A DNA stretch of 64,000 nucleotides, from NCBI GenBank assembly GCA_000092065.1, contig CP000589.1. One strand, written 5' to 3'. The notes below the pieces were generated by a model that saw only the letters and a program-made list of their open reading frames with translations, did no database searches and was not told the origin of the DNA. The position numbers and the translations under genes are program-made. This document shows, piece after piece, positions 48,419-57,301 of the stretch (the stretch's first letter is position 1; each line of letters begins with the position of its first letter). Source of the stretch: Ostreococcus lucimarinus. Lineage: Eukaryota.

Positions 48419-49315
48419 TCAATCGATCTTACGGCTTCGAGTGCGCCTGGTTGCCGGTTTGGCGGCGGAGACGCGCGTCGAGGATTTGCCCGACGGTTTG
48501 GCGGCGTACGCCTTGAGGTAGAAGTTACCGAATAACACGAGCATGTTCGCCATGACGAACATTTGCGCCCATGGTAATGAGACTGGGCAGTGCTTTTCTC
48601 GTAAGACGAACACGGCGTGGACGAAAACGATGACAAATTGTAACATTTGCGCCTGCGTGATGTAACGCTTCCAGGGGCATCGCACGCCGAGCGCCGCCAT
48701 TAAATAGTACGAGTACATCACGATGTGAATGAACGAGTTACACGCCGCACCAAAGTACGCGTCGACGCAATCGTTCGTCGCCATCAGATGACACACGAAC
48801 CACCATGCCCAAATCAACAGTGCGTGATGATACACGTGCAAAAAGCTCAGTTGATTCGTCTTCTTGCGGGCAATCATAAACGCCGTGTCCAGCAATTCCA
48901 AATACTTGTTGTTGTAATGAAACCACACCCCGAGCAAGATGTTAAACGACCGTTTATCGCTCCACGGCATCTTCGACCCCCACGTCGGTTGTTTCAGCGT
49001 CACGATCTCCCGAATAAACATCCCGAGCACGCACACGTTGAACGCCGTCTGATACGCGTTGTACGCCAGCATGAGCCCTTTCGGATCGAACGCCTCTCGC
49101 TTCGCCATCACGCGCGGCCCGACGAGGCAAAACATCAAGTACGCCGTCGTCGCGCACGCCGGGAGCGCGAACGAGAGATCACCGATCCATCGCTGCGCGT
49201 CGACGTTCGCCAAACCTCCGGGCGTGCGCGCGTGCGACCATTCGAACGCGTACGCGTACGTCGCGTAGCCGTACACCGCGAAAGCACACAGCGAAACGAG
49301 CGGAAACTGCGCCAT
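48419..49315 (-). CDS. ELO: ELO-family fatty-acid elongase (PUFA-elongase-type Q motif)
   Basis: Histidine box NQLSFLHVYHHALL (the Q at -5 of HxxHH is typical of PUFA elongases such as ELOVL2/5), KxxExxDT-like LELLDTAFMIARKK, a tyrosine box and C-terminal KxKxx-like basic residues. Confidence 0.85.
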   Translation of the reverse strand: MAQFPLVSLCAFAVYGYATYAYAFEWSHARTPGGLANVDAQRWIGDLSFALPACATTAYLMFCLVGPRVMAKREAFDPKGLMLAYNAYQTAFNVCVLGMFIREIVTLKQPTWGSKMPWSDKRSFNILLGVWFHYNNKYLELLDTAFMIARKKTNQLSFLHVYHHALLIWAWWFVCHLMATNDCVDAYFGAACNSFIHIVMYSYYLMAALGVRCPWKRYITQAQMLQFVIVFVHAVFVLREKHCPVSLPWAQMFVMANMLVLFGNFYLKAYAAKPSGKSSTRVSAAKPATRRTRSRKID

Positions 49316-51437
49316 GTCTCCGCGTGCGCGCGCGCGAGCGACGAGCGACGGGCGACGCGCGCGTCAGTGGCGACGATGTCGCGGTGGCGAACGGATAGCG
49401 CACGCTCGGCGACATTTCGCGGCGCTCGACGCACGACGCGCGCGAGAGAGACGGAGCGACGCGCGCGAGACGGCGGCGAACGTAACGTTTGACATGTCGG
49501 CGTTCGCGCGACGCGCGACGACGGCGCAGTGCGCGACGGCGCGCGGTGGGCGAAAAAGTGCGCGCGCGATGACGACGTCGTGCGCGACCTCGCACGCGTC
49601 GCGAGCCGCGGCGTGCGCGGTCGTCGTGACGCCGAACGCGCGATGGTCGCGCGCGCGCGCGACCGCGCGCCGTGGACGCGCGATCGGTGCGATCGAAGAC
49701 CCGTCGGAGGTGTTCAAAGAGGAGGACCTGGATAACATCGTCTTCGTCGACCTCGCGAACGAGGAGGCGGCCATCTCGAATAAGTCTGGCGCCGGTGCGA
49801 CGATGGCGGCGCCGGATTGGATGACCCAGTTGAACCGACTGTGGGGTGGGGCGTCGGAGATTCCCGTGGCGGACGCGAAACTGGAGGATATCACGGGATT
49901 GCTCGGAGGCGGGTTGTTTCAGCCGCTGTTCAAGTGGATGCGAGAGAGCGGGCCGGTGTATTTGCTTCCCACGGGACCCATCACGTCGTACGTCGTCGTG
50001 AGCGATCCCGACTGCATTAAACAGGTGTTATTCAACTACGGAAGCCGGTACATCAAGGGCACAATCGCGGAGGCGGGTGAATTTTTGTTTGGATTGGGCG
50101 TCGCGTTGCAAGAGTTGGAGCCGTGGAAGATTCGACGGAAGGCGGTGGCGCCCTCTTTGCATCGCAAATACGTCGAAGCGATGGTGGATAGATGCTTTGG
50201 TCCGTGCGCCGATCGGATGGTGAGTATTTTGGAGGGCGAAGCTGGCGCTGGCGGCGTCGGTGGCGTGAACATGGAGAGTCGATTTAGCAAGACGGCGCTC
50301 GACATCATCGGCATCTCCGTGTTCAATTACGACTTTGAGGCGCTCACGACGGCGGCGCCGGTGATTCAAGCCACGTATACTGCGCTCAAGGAGGTCGAGA
50401 CACGATCGATGGATCTTTTGCCCACGTGGCGCTTGCCTGAGAAGTTCTTGCGCGTCGTTAGCCCGCGCCAACGCGACGCGCAAGACGCCGTCACCGTCAT
50501 TCGCGACGTCACCCAGCGACTCGTGGACGACTGCAAGCGCATGGTCGAGGAGGAAGAAAAGGTCGGTGGCGCTGAAGAGTGGGCTCGCGATTACTTGAAC
50601 GAGTCAAATCCTTCGGTGTTGCGCTATCTCATCGCTGCGCGCGAAGAAGTGTCTTCGACGCAGCTCAGAGACGATTTGCTCTCGCTTCTCGTCGCCGGTC
50701 ACGAAACCACCGCATCGGTGCTCACGTGGGGCACGTACGAGCTTCTCAAGCCTGAAAACGCGGAGCAGCTTCGCTTACTTCGAGCCGAGCTCGATGAAGT
50801 GCTAGGCACGCGTCCGTTCCCGACGTTTGCGGATTTACCAAAGATGCCCTACCTCGAGCGATGCTTTCACGAGTCCATGCGGCTTTATCCGCAACCTCCC
50901 GTGTACACGCGACGCGCCGTCGTGGAGGATGTCTTGCCCAACGGCATGACGATACCAAAGAACCAAGATTTATTGGTATCGATTTACAACCTCCACCGTT
51001 CGCCCACGAGTTGGGGGCCGACATCGCAAGAGTTCGAGCCCATGCGCTTCGGACCGCTGGCGAACGGGCAACCGAACGAGTTAAACACGGACTACCGCTA
51101 CGTGCCGTTTAGCGCCGGACCGAGGCGATGCCCCGGGGATAAGTTTGCCGTCTACGAGGGCATCGTCATTTGGGCCACGATGTTCAGGCGATTAGACTTG
51201 GAGTTAAAGGCTGGTCACGACGTTGTCATGACGTCTGGGGCGACGATTCACACGAAGAGCGGTTTGTTAGCCACCGTCAAAGCGCGCGCCATGCGAGAAG
51301 TCGCCGAGGCGGACCGTGTCGACTGGGCTAACTTGAAGCCTGCGAAGGATATCGGCGAGGAGTGGATGGAAAAGGCACTCTTCAATAGCGAAGCGACCGG
51401 TGCGGTGAGCGCGGGTAAATGCCCCATGGGTCATTAA
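49314..51437 (+). CDS. CYP97: cytochrome P450, CYP97 family (carotenoid hydroxylase-type), plastid-targeted
   Basis: Heme loop FSAGPRRCPGDKFAVYEG, LLVAGHETTASVLTWG and an N-terminal core closely matching CYP97 (IPVADAKLEDITGLLGGGLFQPLFKWMRESGPVYLLPTGP, SLHRKYVEAMVDRCFGPCADRM). The first ATG at 49314 overlaps the ELO ATG on a CATG palindrome, so the true start may be the ATG at 49494. Confidence 0.8.
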   Translation: MSPRARARATSDGRRARQWRRCRGGERIAHARRHFAALDARRARERRSDARETAANVTFDMSAFARRATTAQCATARGGRKSARAMTTSCATSHASRAAACAVVVTPNARWSRARATARRGRAIGAIEDPSEVFKEEDLDNIVFVDLANEEAAISNKSGAGATMAAPDWMTQLNRLWGGASEIPVADAKLEDITGLLGGGLFQPLFKWMRESGPVYLLPTGPITSYVVVSDPDCIKQVLFNYGSRYIKGTIAEAGEFLFGLGVALQELEPWKIRRKAVAPSLHRKYVEAMVDRCFGPCADRMVSILEGEAGAGGVGGVNMESRFSKTALDIIGISVFNYDFEALTTAAPVIQATYTALKEVETRSMDLLPTWRLPEKFLRVVSPRQRDAQDAVTVIRDVTQRLVDDCKRMVEEEEKVGGAEEWARDYLNESNPSVLRYLIAAREEVSSTQLRDDLLSLLVAGHETTASVLTWGTYELLKPENAEQLRLLRAELDEVLGTRPFPTFADLPKMPYLERCFHESMRLYPQPPVYTRRAVVEDVLPNGMTIPKNQDLLVSIYNLHRSPTSWGPTSQEFEPMRFGPLANGQPNELNTDYRYVPFSAGPRRCPGDKFAVYEGIVIWATMFRRLDLELKAGHDVVMTSGATIHTKSGLLATVKARAMREVAEADRVDWANLKPAKDIGEEWMEKALFNSEATGAVSAGKCPMGH

Positions 51438-51508
51438 GCGATAGCGCGAATGTTTTAGTACGAAGCGAAAAAGCCCGAAAATAATTTCTCAAACCGTGCG
51501 TCGCGTCA

Positions 51509-51513
51509 TTACA
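51509..51513 (-). promoter_or_regulatory. TGTAA candidate polyadenylation signal (minus strand) after RPS9
   Basis: The reverse complement of ttaca at 51509-51513 gives TGTAA about 50 nt downstream of the RPS9 stop. Confidence 0.35.
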
Positions 51514-51563
51514 ATCTAGACGTTAATTATCACGCGACCACCCCCAATCGACCGAAGAATCCT

Positions 51564-52142
51564 CTATTCATCTTCTTCTTCTTCATCACCGTCGCCACCG
51601 GCGGCCGCAGCCATGCGCTTTCTCTTGACGCGACCCGGTCGACCGCCGCCCAACGGAGAGTTGAGCGCGAAGTCGATGTGCTTTTGGCTGTCCGTGCGCA
51701 CCAAAAAGCTCGGCACATTCACGATTTGCTTACCGACGCGGATGTGACGTTGACGAATCAACACACGCGCGTGGTGCACAGACTTCGCCAAGCCAAGCTT
51801 GAAGACGAGCGTCTGCAAGCGGCGTTCCAAGAATTGCTCCGGCCCGAGCGCCAAGACGTAATCGAGCTTGTCCTGCGTCTCGTCCAACAACCCATAGTTG
51901 CGCATGCGTCGCATGATGGCCTCGCCTTCGAAGATTCGCTTCGGGTCCTTCTCATCGAGCGTCAACAAAACGCGCGCCGCGTTACGAAGCTTGTTCAGCG
52001 CGAATTGCACGCGCCACAACTCGCGCTTGTTGCGCAAGCCAAACTCACCGACGATCTTCAACTCGGCATCCAAACGTTCCTTCTCGAACGGACGTCTCGG
52101 CTTCTTGAACGTCTTCCCGTCTGCGCGCGTACGAAAATACAA
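51564..52142 (-). CDS. RPS9: 40S ribosomal protein S9 (uS4); 5' end incomplete in this model
   Basis: ...[44 protein letters not shown]... is collinear with RPS9. The open frame has no ATG before these codons (the track uses TTG) and a TGA lies just upstream. A short 5' exon is therefore likely but could not be placed in phase (nearest ATG at 52195). Confidence 0.8.
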   Translation of the reverse strand: MYFRTRADGKTFKKPRRPFEKERLDAELKIVGEFGLRNKRELWRVQFALNKLRNAARVLLTLDEKDPKRIFEGEAIMRRMRNYGLLDETQDKLDYVLALGPEQFLERRLQTLVFKLGLAKSVHHARVLIRQRHIRVGKQIVNVPSFLVRTDSQKHIDFALNSPLGGGRPGRVKRKRMAAAAGGDGDEEEEDE

Positions 52143-52776
52143 ATCACAGTCAGTCTTTCATTCCCTCTCGCACTCGCGCGTCGTTCCACGTCGCCATCGC
52201 GACGCCGACGCCGCGTCCGCCCGCGCCGACGGAAACCCCACGCGACCCGCGTCGTGGCGCGAACATCCCCACCCTCGCCGCCTCCGAGCGCGCCGCGCCC
52301 CGTTCGCCGCCCGCGAACGCGCGATCGCAAATGTTTCCATCGTCCCACGCCATCGCATCGCCCGCCCGCGCATCGCCCGCGCGCCCGCGCGTCGCATCGC
52401 TCGCTCCCGCGCCAAAGCCCTAACGATGCGATCGATCGACGCGCGCGCGCGTCGTCCTCGCGCGTCGCGCGCGCGCCGCGTCCGCGCGTCGCGCGCGCCG
52501 TCGCATCGCTCGATACGCGCACGTACAGTTACGGTAGTAGGTGGACGACGGCATCTTGCGGCTGTCGCGTCACGAAGAGACGGACCGCGCGCGCGCGCGC
52601 GCGAGGTTCGGTCGGCCGCGCGCGGCGAGTCCTCGACGCTTTGAGTCGCGAACCGTCGATTTCACGGGTCACGTATTTTATGGATGAAACGCCCATGTGC
52701 GCGAAAGTAAACGGATCGCCCGGTCGGTCGCCCGACCGGGCGGTTGGGCAGTCGACGACGCGTCGGCCGCGTCGCC

Positions 52777-53682
52777 ATGGCGACGTGCGGCGTCGCCGCG
52801 CCGAGGGCCGTCGTGGACGTCGTCCTGAGCCGCGAGCAGGGCGAGGGACGCGGCGCGCGCGTGCGGCGATCGATCGGCACGGCGCGCTTGAAGCACTTCG
52901 ACCCATTCGTGATGCTCGACGAGTTCAAGGTGGCCACGCCGGCGGGGTTTCCCGATCACCCGCACCGCGGGATGACGACCGTGACGTACGTGCTGCCGAA
53001 TGCGGGGAACGGGTGCGTGGAGCACGAGGACAGCGTCGGGAACGCCGGGATGCTGCGACCCGGGGATCTGCAGTTCATGACGGCGGGACGAGGGATTTTG
53101 CACGCCGAGGTGCCGGAGAACGAGACGACGTGTCACGGGTTGCAGCTTTGGGTGAATTTGCCGGCGAAACATAAGATGGACGCGCCGGAGTATCAAGAGC
53201 TGCGAGCGAGCGAACTGCGGGAGGCGTCGAAGGACGGCGTTCGCGCCGTCGTCATCGCGGGCGAGGCGTTCGGGGCGGAGAGCCAGATTCGGACGAAACA
53301 AGCGCCCATGCATTACATTCACTTCACCATGTCGCCGTCGTCGCGGTTGGTGCAAAACGTGCCCGAAGGTTGGAACTGCTTGGCGTACACGCTGCGAGGA
53401 CGCGCGGATTTCGGTCGCTGCGAGGACGTGGACGCGCACAACACGGTGACGTTTAGCAATGAACCCGGCCAAGACGGCGTCGTGGTGCAAACGACGAGCG
53501 AAAGCGCGGAGTTCGTGCTCATTTCCGGGCGCCCCAACGACGAACCGATCGTCCAGCACGGACCGTTCGTGATGAACACGCGAGAGGAAATCTCTCAAGC
53601 GTTCGCCGACTTTCAGGGCGGCAAGAACGGCTTCGAATCCGTTCGAGGTTGGCGAAGCGAGATTCAATACCGAACGCGATAG
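52777..53682 (+). CDS. PIR: pirin (bicupin)
   Basis: N-terminal cupin with the GFPDHPHRGMTTVTYVL His motif, then a C-terminal cupin. Start at the ATG at 52777. Confidence 0.8.
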   Translation: MATCGVAAPRAVVDVVLSREQGEGRGARVRRSIGTARLKHFDPFVMLDEFKVATPAGFPDHPHRGMTTVTYVLPNAGNGCVEHEDSVGNAGMLRPGDLQFMTAGRGILHAEVPENETTCHGLQLWVNLPAKHKMDAPEYQELRASELREASKDGVRAVVIAGEAFGAESQIRTKQAPMHYIHFTMSPSSRLVQNVPEGWNCLAYTLRGRADFGRCEDVDAHNTVTFSNEPGQDGVVVQTTSESAEFVLISGRPNDEPIVQHGPFVMNTREEISQAFADFQGGKNGFESVRGWRSEIQYRTR

Positions 53683-53800
53683 CTCGACGCGAAGATGCTC
53701 CATTTGTATTTTACATTCCTTCTTATTTCCGTCGCTCGCCCTCGTCCGCCCGTCGCCCGCCCTCATCGTTCCCGCACACGCCGACGCGACGCGCGGCGGC

Positions 53801-54578
53801 ATGGCCAACGCCCTCAGGCGTCTCGCGACCGCGTCGTCGCGAGTCGCGCTCTCGCGCGTCGCCGCGGGCGCACCACGCGCGTTCGTCTCCGACGCCAGCG
53901 CGACCGCGACGCCGTGCTGGAGCTGCGACGCGCGAACGACGGCGTTGAATGATGACGCGTCGGCAAACTTTTTCTGCGACGCGTGCGGGGCGATTCAACC
54001 GCCCGTCGCCGCGGATTACTTCGCGCTGCTCGGAGTGTGCGTTTGCGATGTGACCGCGCGCGTTTTGCCCCGGACTGACGCGCGCGCGCGCGATGGACAG
54101 GGAACCAAAGTACGCGCTCGAGTCGGCGGCGCTCGAGGACGCGATGAAGCGTCGACAGAAACTGTTGCATCCGGATAAGTTTAGCACGAAGAGCGAACGC
54201 GAGCGAAGGTACAGCGCGGATCAAGCGTCGGCGGTGAACGAGGCGTACGGCACGCTGAGGGATCCGCTGCGAAGGGCGAAGTATATTTTGGAGGCGCGCG
54301 GTTGGGGGGTGACGGAGCGCGACGGGAGAGACGCGCCCGTGGATCCGGGGCTGTTGATGGAAGTCATGGAGGCTCGCGAGGCGATCGATGAGGCGAATGG
54401 GGACGCGGAGAAGCTGCGAGAGCTGTTGAGGGAGCACAGCGCGCGAGTGACTGCGTGTGAGGAGGAGACTCGCGCGGCGCTGGACGCGACGCCGATGGTT
54501 GGGGAGTCGGCAAAGGAAGCCGTCGTACGCTTGACGTACTTCGTTCGCATCGTAGAAGAAATAAAGGCGCTGCTTTGA
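53801..54578 (+). CDS. HSCB: Fe-S cluster co-chaperone HscB/Jac1 (J-type) with N-terminal tetracysteine zinc finger; two exons 53801..54036 + 54101..54578
   Basis: Presequence, then CWSCD...CDACG zinc finger, then the J domain DYFALLGV|EPKYALESAALEDAMKRRQKLLHPDKF (aligns with E. coli HscB [35 protein letters not shown]) and a C-terminal helical domain. The two halves are in different frames and are joined by removing a 64-nt intron. Confidence 0.75.
54037..54100 (+). other. intron (64 nt) of HSCB
   Basis: Donor GTGCGT at 54037, branch-like ACTGAC about 25 nt upstream of the acceptor, acceptor CAG at 54098-54100, phase 2. Splicing gives an HscB J-domain of exactly the expected length. Confidence 0.7.
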
Positions 54579-54633
54579 TGCCGTTGCCGCTACATTAGCT
54601 TGATTATTTAGATATTACTACTCGTTGCTCGCC

Positions 54634-57204
54634 TTAAAACGAAATCAGATCGTCGTCTACTGACACGGCCGAGACAGAAGTTTCACTCGCTTTGGATTCT
54701 TCGCGCATTCGCTTGGACAATTTTCGGATGTGATCCTCCACGATCGAGATCGCTGCCTGTAGCTCGGGATGCGTGACAAATTTTCGCCCGTAATCCAACG
54801 AGTTTGCGCTGCGCGGAATGTGCATTTCTGCGTTTTCGGAACCAAATTTATTGAAGTCGCGCAGTGTCTGCGTCTCCATCTTTGTGCAACGATCGTCGAC
54901 GTATGTGCGAAGCTCAGTGAGCGTACGTTTCGTCTTGCTGCGTTCAACTTTGTCCCACTCGATACTCTCTTGCATCGCTTCGACACGCTTGGAGACATCG
55001 TCAAAGAGCTCACGGACCGTTGACGTCGACGGTCGATCCTTGATGGTGCGTTCCATGCTCTCATGCATGCTGTGAATGATGAGATCCTGCTCTTCTTGCT
55101 TTCTCGTCAAGTTTGCGATGCGAGACTGCATTGATCCCGACTGTTCGGAATACGCTGACACCGAGTACACTTCAAGGTGCGTCAACTTGCTAGGCGTGCC
55201 CAAAGGCGAGCCCGCGGGGGAGTAGGCGTATTCGCTGCGCGCGCCACCGACGCCGCCGAAGACGGCGTCTTGGATCATCATCAACTCCTTTCTGAACTCG
55301 TTCGTCGAACGGTCGGACGCGAGGCGCAGCTCTTCGCGCAAATCTCTCTCCACAGCGGCAACAGCATGGTTTAGTCTCTTCTCTACCGTTTGGAGAGCGA
55401 CGGCTTGCGCCTCGGCGTTTGGTTTGGCCGCCTGCCTCTCGAGTTTCATCGACACCTCGCAAGATTCCACGCGAAGCTCACTCGCAGCGACGCGCGCCTC
55501 AAATCTCTCGAACCGTTCATCTAACCGATCGATTCGCGTCTTGTGTCCCGCATCCGTGATGCCACGCGTCGCCTCGGCTTCACCCAACACGCGCTTCATC
55601 GCCCTGGTGTGCTCCTCGGAGACCTTGGACAACATGTCGACAGAATTCTTCTCGCTTCCTCTCAAAGCCGCGATGCTTTCCTCGCGTAATTCCGCGAACG
55701 ATGTGAACTGATTGTTGATCCACTGTTTTAACTCATCCGCGCGTTCCGACGCAGCCTTCATTTGATTCACGCTCGAGAGTACGCTCTCCTTGAACGCGTT
55801 GTTTTCGTCATCCGCTTTGCGCATCGCCTCTTCCGCGAGCGCGACGCACTTTCGCGTCTCTTGTGCGGCCCGCTCGGCGTTTCGCGCGGCGGCGCTATCC
55901 GTCGACGACTCAATTTCTCGAATTCGATATTCCATGACTTCTGTCACGGCTGATTCAGCCTTTTGGGTGACTTTCTCCACAACCTTTGCGCCCCACTCCT
56001 TGAGCTGAGACGACAAAACTTCGCCTTGCTCCTGTACCAAGCTCGCGTGTTGCTCAGCCGTCGATGCAATTTCATCGCCCAACGTCCCGATACGCTGGAC
56101 GTCCTTCTCTATGCGATCGATAGTTTGCTGGCCTCGAGACTCGATGCGTTCGACAAAGTCATTTGCCATCGATTCCATCTTCTCCGTCTGCGCCAACGCT
56201 TCTTTGAACCGCGCATACGTCTGGTCGACGTGCTCACATCGATCGTGCACTCGCTTAGCATCCTCGGCACAATCATCACTCAAACGCTCCATGGAATTCG
56301 CGAGCTCGCGCACCTCGAGTAGAGCCTCGCTGACGGTGTTGGCGTCTTGCGAAGCGCGCGCCGCACGCGCCTTCACGATTTCCAACTCGCTCGCGATGGA
56401 CGGCACGTCCGCCGCAGCGAGTGACAGCGCAGTTTGATTCGCCTTTAGTCGCGTCTCCTGCACTTCAACCTCCAACTCTCGCACGAGCGTGGTGACGTCT
56501 GACATCTCGCCCGCCATGGTCTCCAGTCGAGCGTCCACGGCTTTCGCCGCCGCCGCCGCGCCCTCCGTCGCCTTCACACTAATCTGCGTCTCGAGTTCAA
56601 ACAAGTCCACCGCTACCTTACTCGCCGTTGACGCGTGCAGCGTCTCCAGCGCCGCCAAGCGATCGAGCGTCGCCGCGTGTATCGCCCTCGACGCTTGCAA
56701 CTCCTCTCGCAGCGCGTTCGTCGCGTCCTCCAGCGCCTCCACCCTTCGTTCCGCCGCCTCGTGTCTCGCCTCCGCCAGCTCCAACTTCAGCGCGTCGACC
56801 TCCGATCGCGCCGCGTTCGAAGCCACGATCGCCGTTTCCGCGCCAGCGCTCATCGAGCGCGTTCTCAGCGCCTCCAGCTCCGCGCGCGTCGCCTCGGCGC
56901 CGCGCTCGTGGCGACGCAGCACGTACGCCATTCCCTCAAACGCCCTCCGCACGCACGGTCGCACGCTCTGCCAGTCCCGTTCGCCCTTGACGACGTCTTC
57001 GACGCGCATGAAGTCATCCACGGTGAACACGCGTCGCGTCGTCGCGTCCGCGCGCGTCGGCGTCGCGTTTTCGTTCGCCGTTGGCGAATGCGATGTCCCG
57101 CGTCGCGCGGCGTCATCGCGTCTGGGCGTCGCGCGCGCGCCCGGCGTCGCGCGCGCGCTCGGCGACGCCGCGGGCGACGCCGCGGGCGTCGTCTCCGCCG
57201 ACAT
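54634..57204 (-). CDS. long coiled-coil protein (about 850 aa), unknown function
   Basis: About 700 aa of heptad-rich E/A/R/L sequence with no recognisable domain. Start taken at the ATG at 57204 (MSAETTPAAS...); the upstream ORF codons are Arg/Ala-rich. Confidence 0.45.
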   Translation of the reverse strand: MSAETTPAASPAASPSARATPGARATPRRDDAARRGTSHSPTANENATPTRADATTRRVFTVDDFMRVEDVVKGERDWQSVRPCVRRAFEGMAYVLRRHERGAEATRAELEALRTRSMSAGAETAIVASNAARSEVDALKLELAEARHEAAERRVEALEDATNALREELQASRAIHAATLDRLAALETLHASTASKVAVDLFELETQISVKATEGAAAAAKAVDARLETMAGEMSDVTTLVRELEVEVQETRLKANQTALSLAAADVPSIASELEIVKARAARASQDANTVSEALLEVRELANSMERLSDDCAEDAKRVHDRCEHVDQTYARFKEALAQTEKMESMANDFVERIESRGQQTIDRIEKDVQRIGTLGDEIASTAEQHASLVQEQGEVLSSQLKEWGAKVVEKVTQKAESAVTEVMEYRIREIESSTDSAAARNAERAAQETRKCVALAEEAMRKADDENNAFKESVLSSVNQMKAASERADELKQWINNQFTSFAELREESIAALRGSEKNSVDMLSKVSEEHTRAMKRVLGEAEATRGITDAGHKTRIDRLDERFERFEARVAASELRVESCEVSMKLERQAAKPNAEAQAVALQTVEKRLNHAVAAVERDLREELRLASDRSTNEFRKELMMIQDAVFGGVGGARSEYAYSPAGSPLGTPSKLTHLEVYSVSAYSEQSGSMQSRIANLTRKQEEQDLIIHSMHESMERTIKDRPSTSTVRELFDDVSKRVEAMQESIEWDKVERSKTKRTLTELRTYVDDRCTKMETQTLRDFNKFGSENAEMHIPRSANSLDYGRKFVTHPELQAAISIVEDHIRKLSKRMREESKASETSVSAVSVDDDLISF

Positions 57205-57301
57205 GCGCCGCCTCGACGCGCCTCGACGCGAGTCGCTGTCTGCGGTCGCGGCCGCGCGCCCAACGGCCGCGATCGCGACACCGCGACGCCGCGCCGTCGG
57301 C

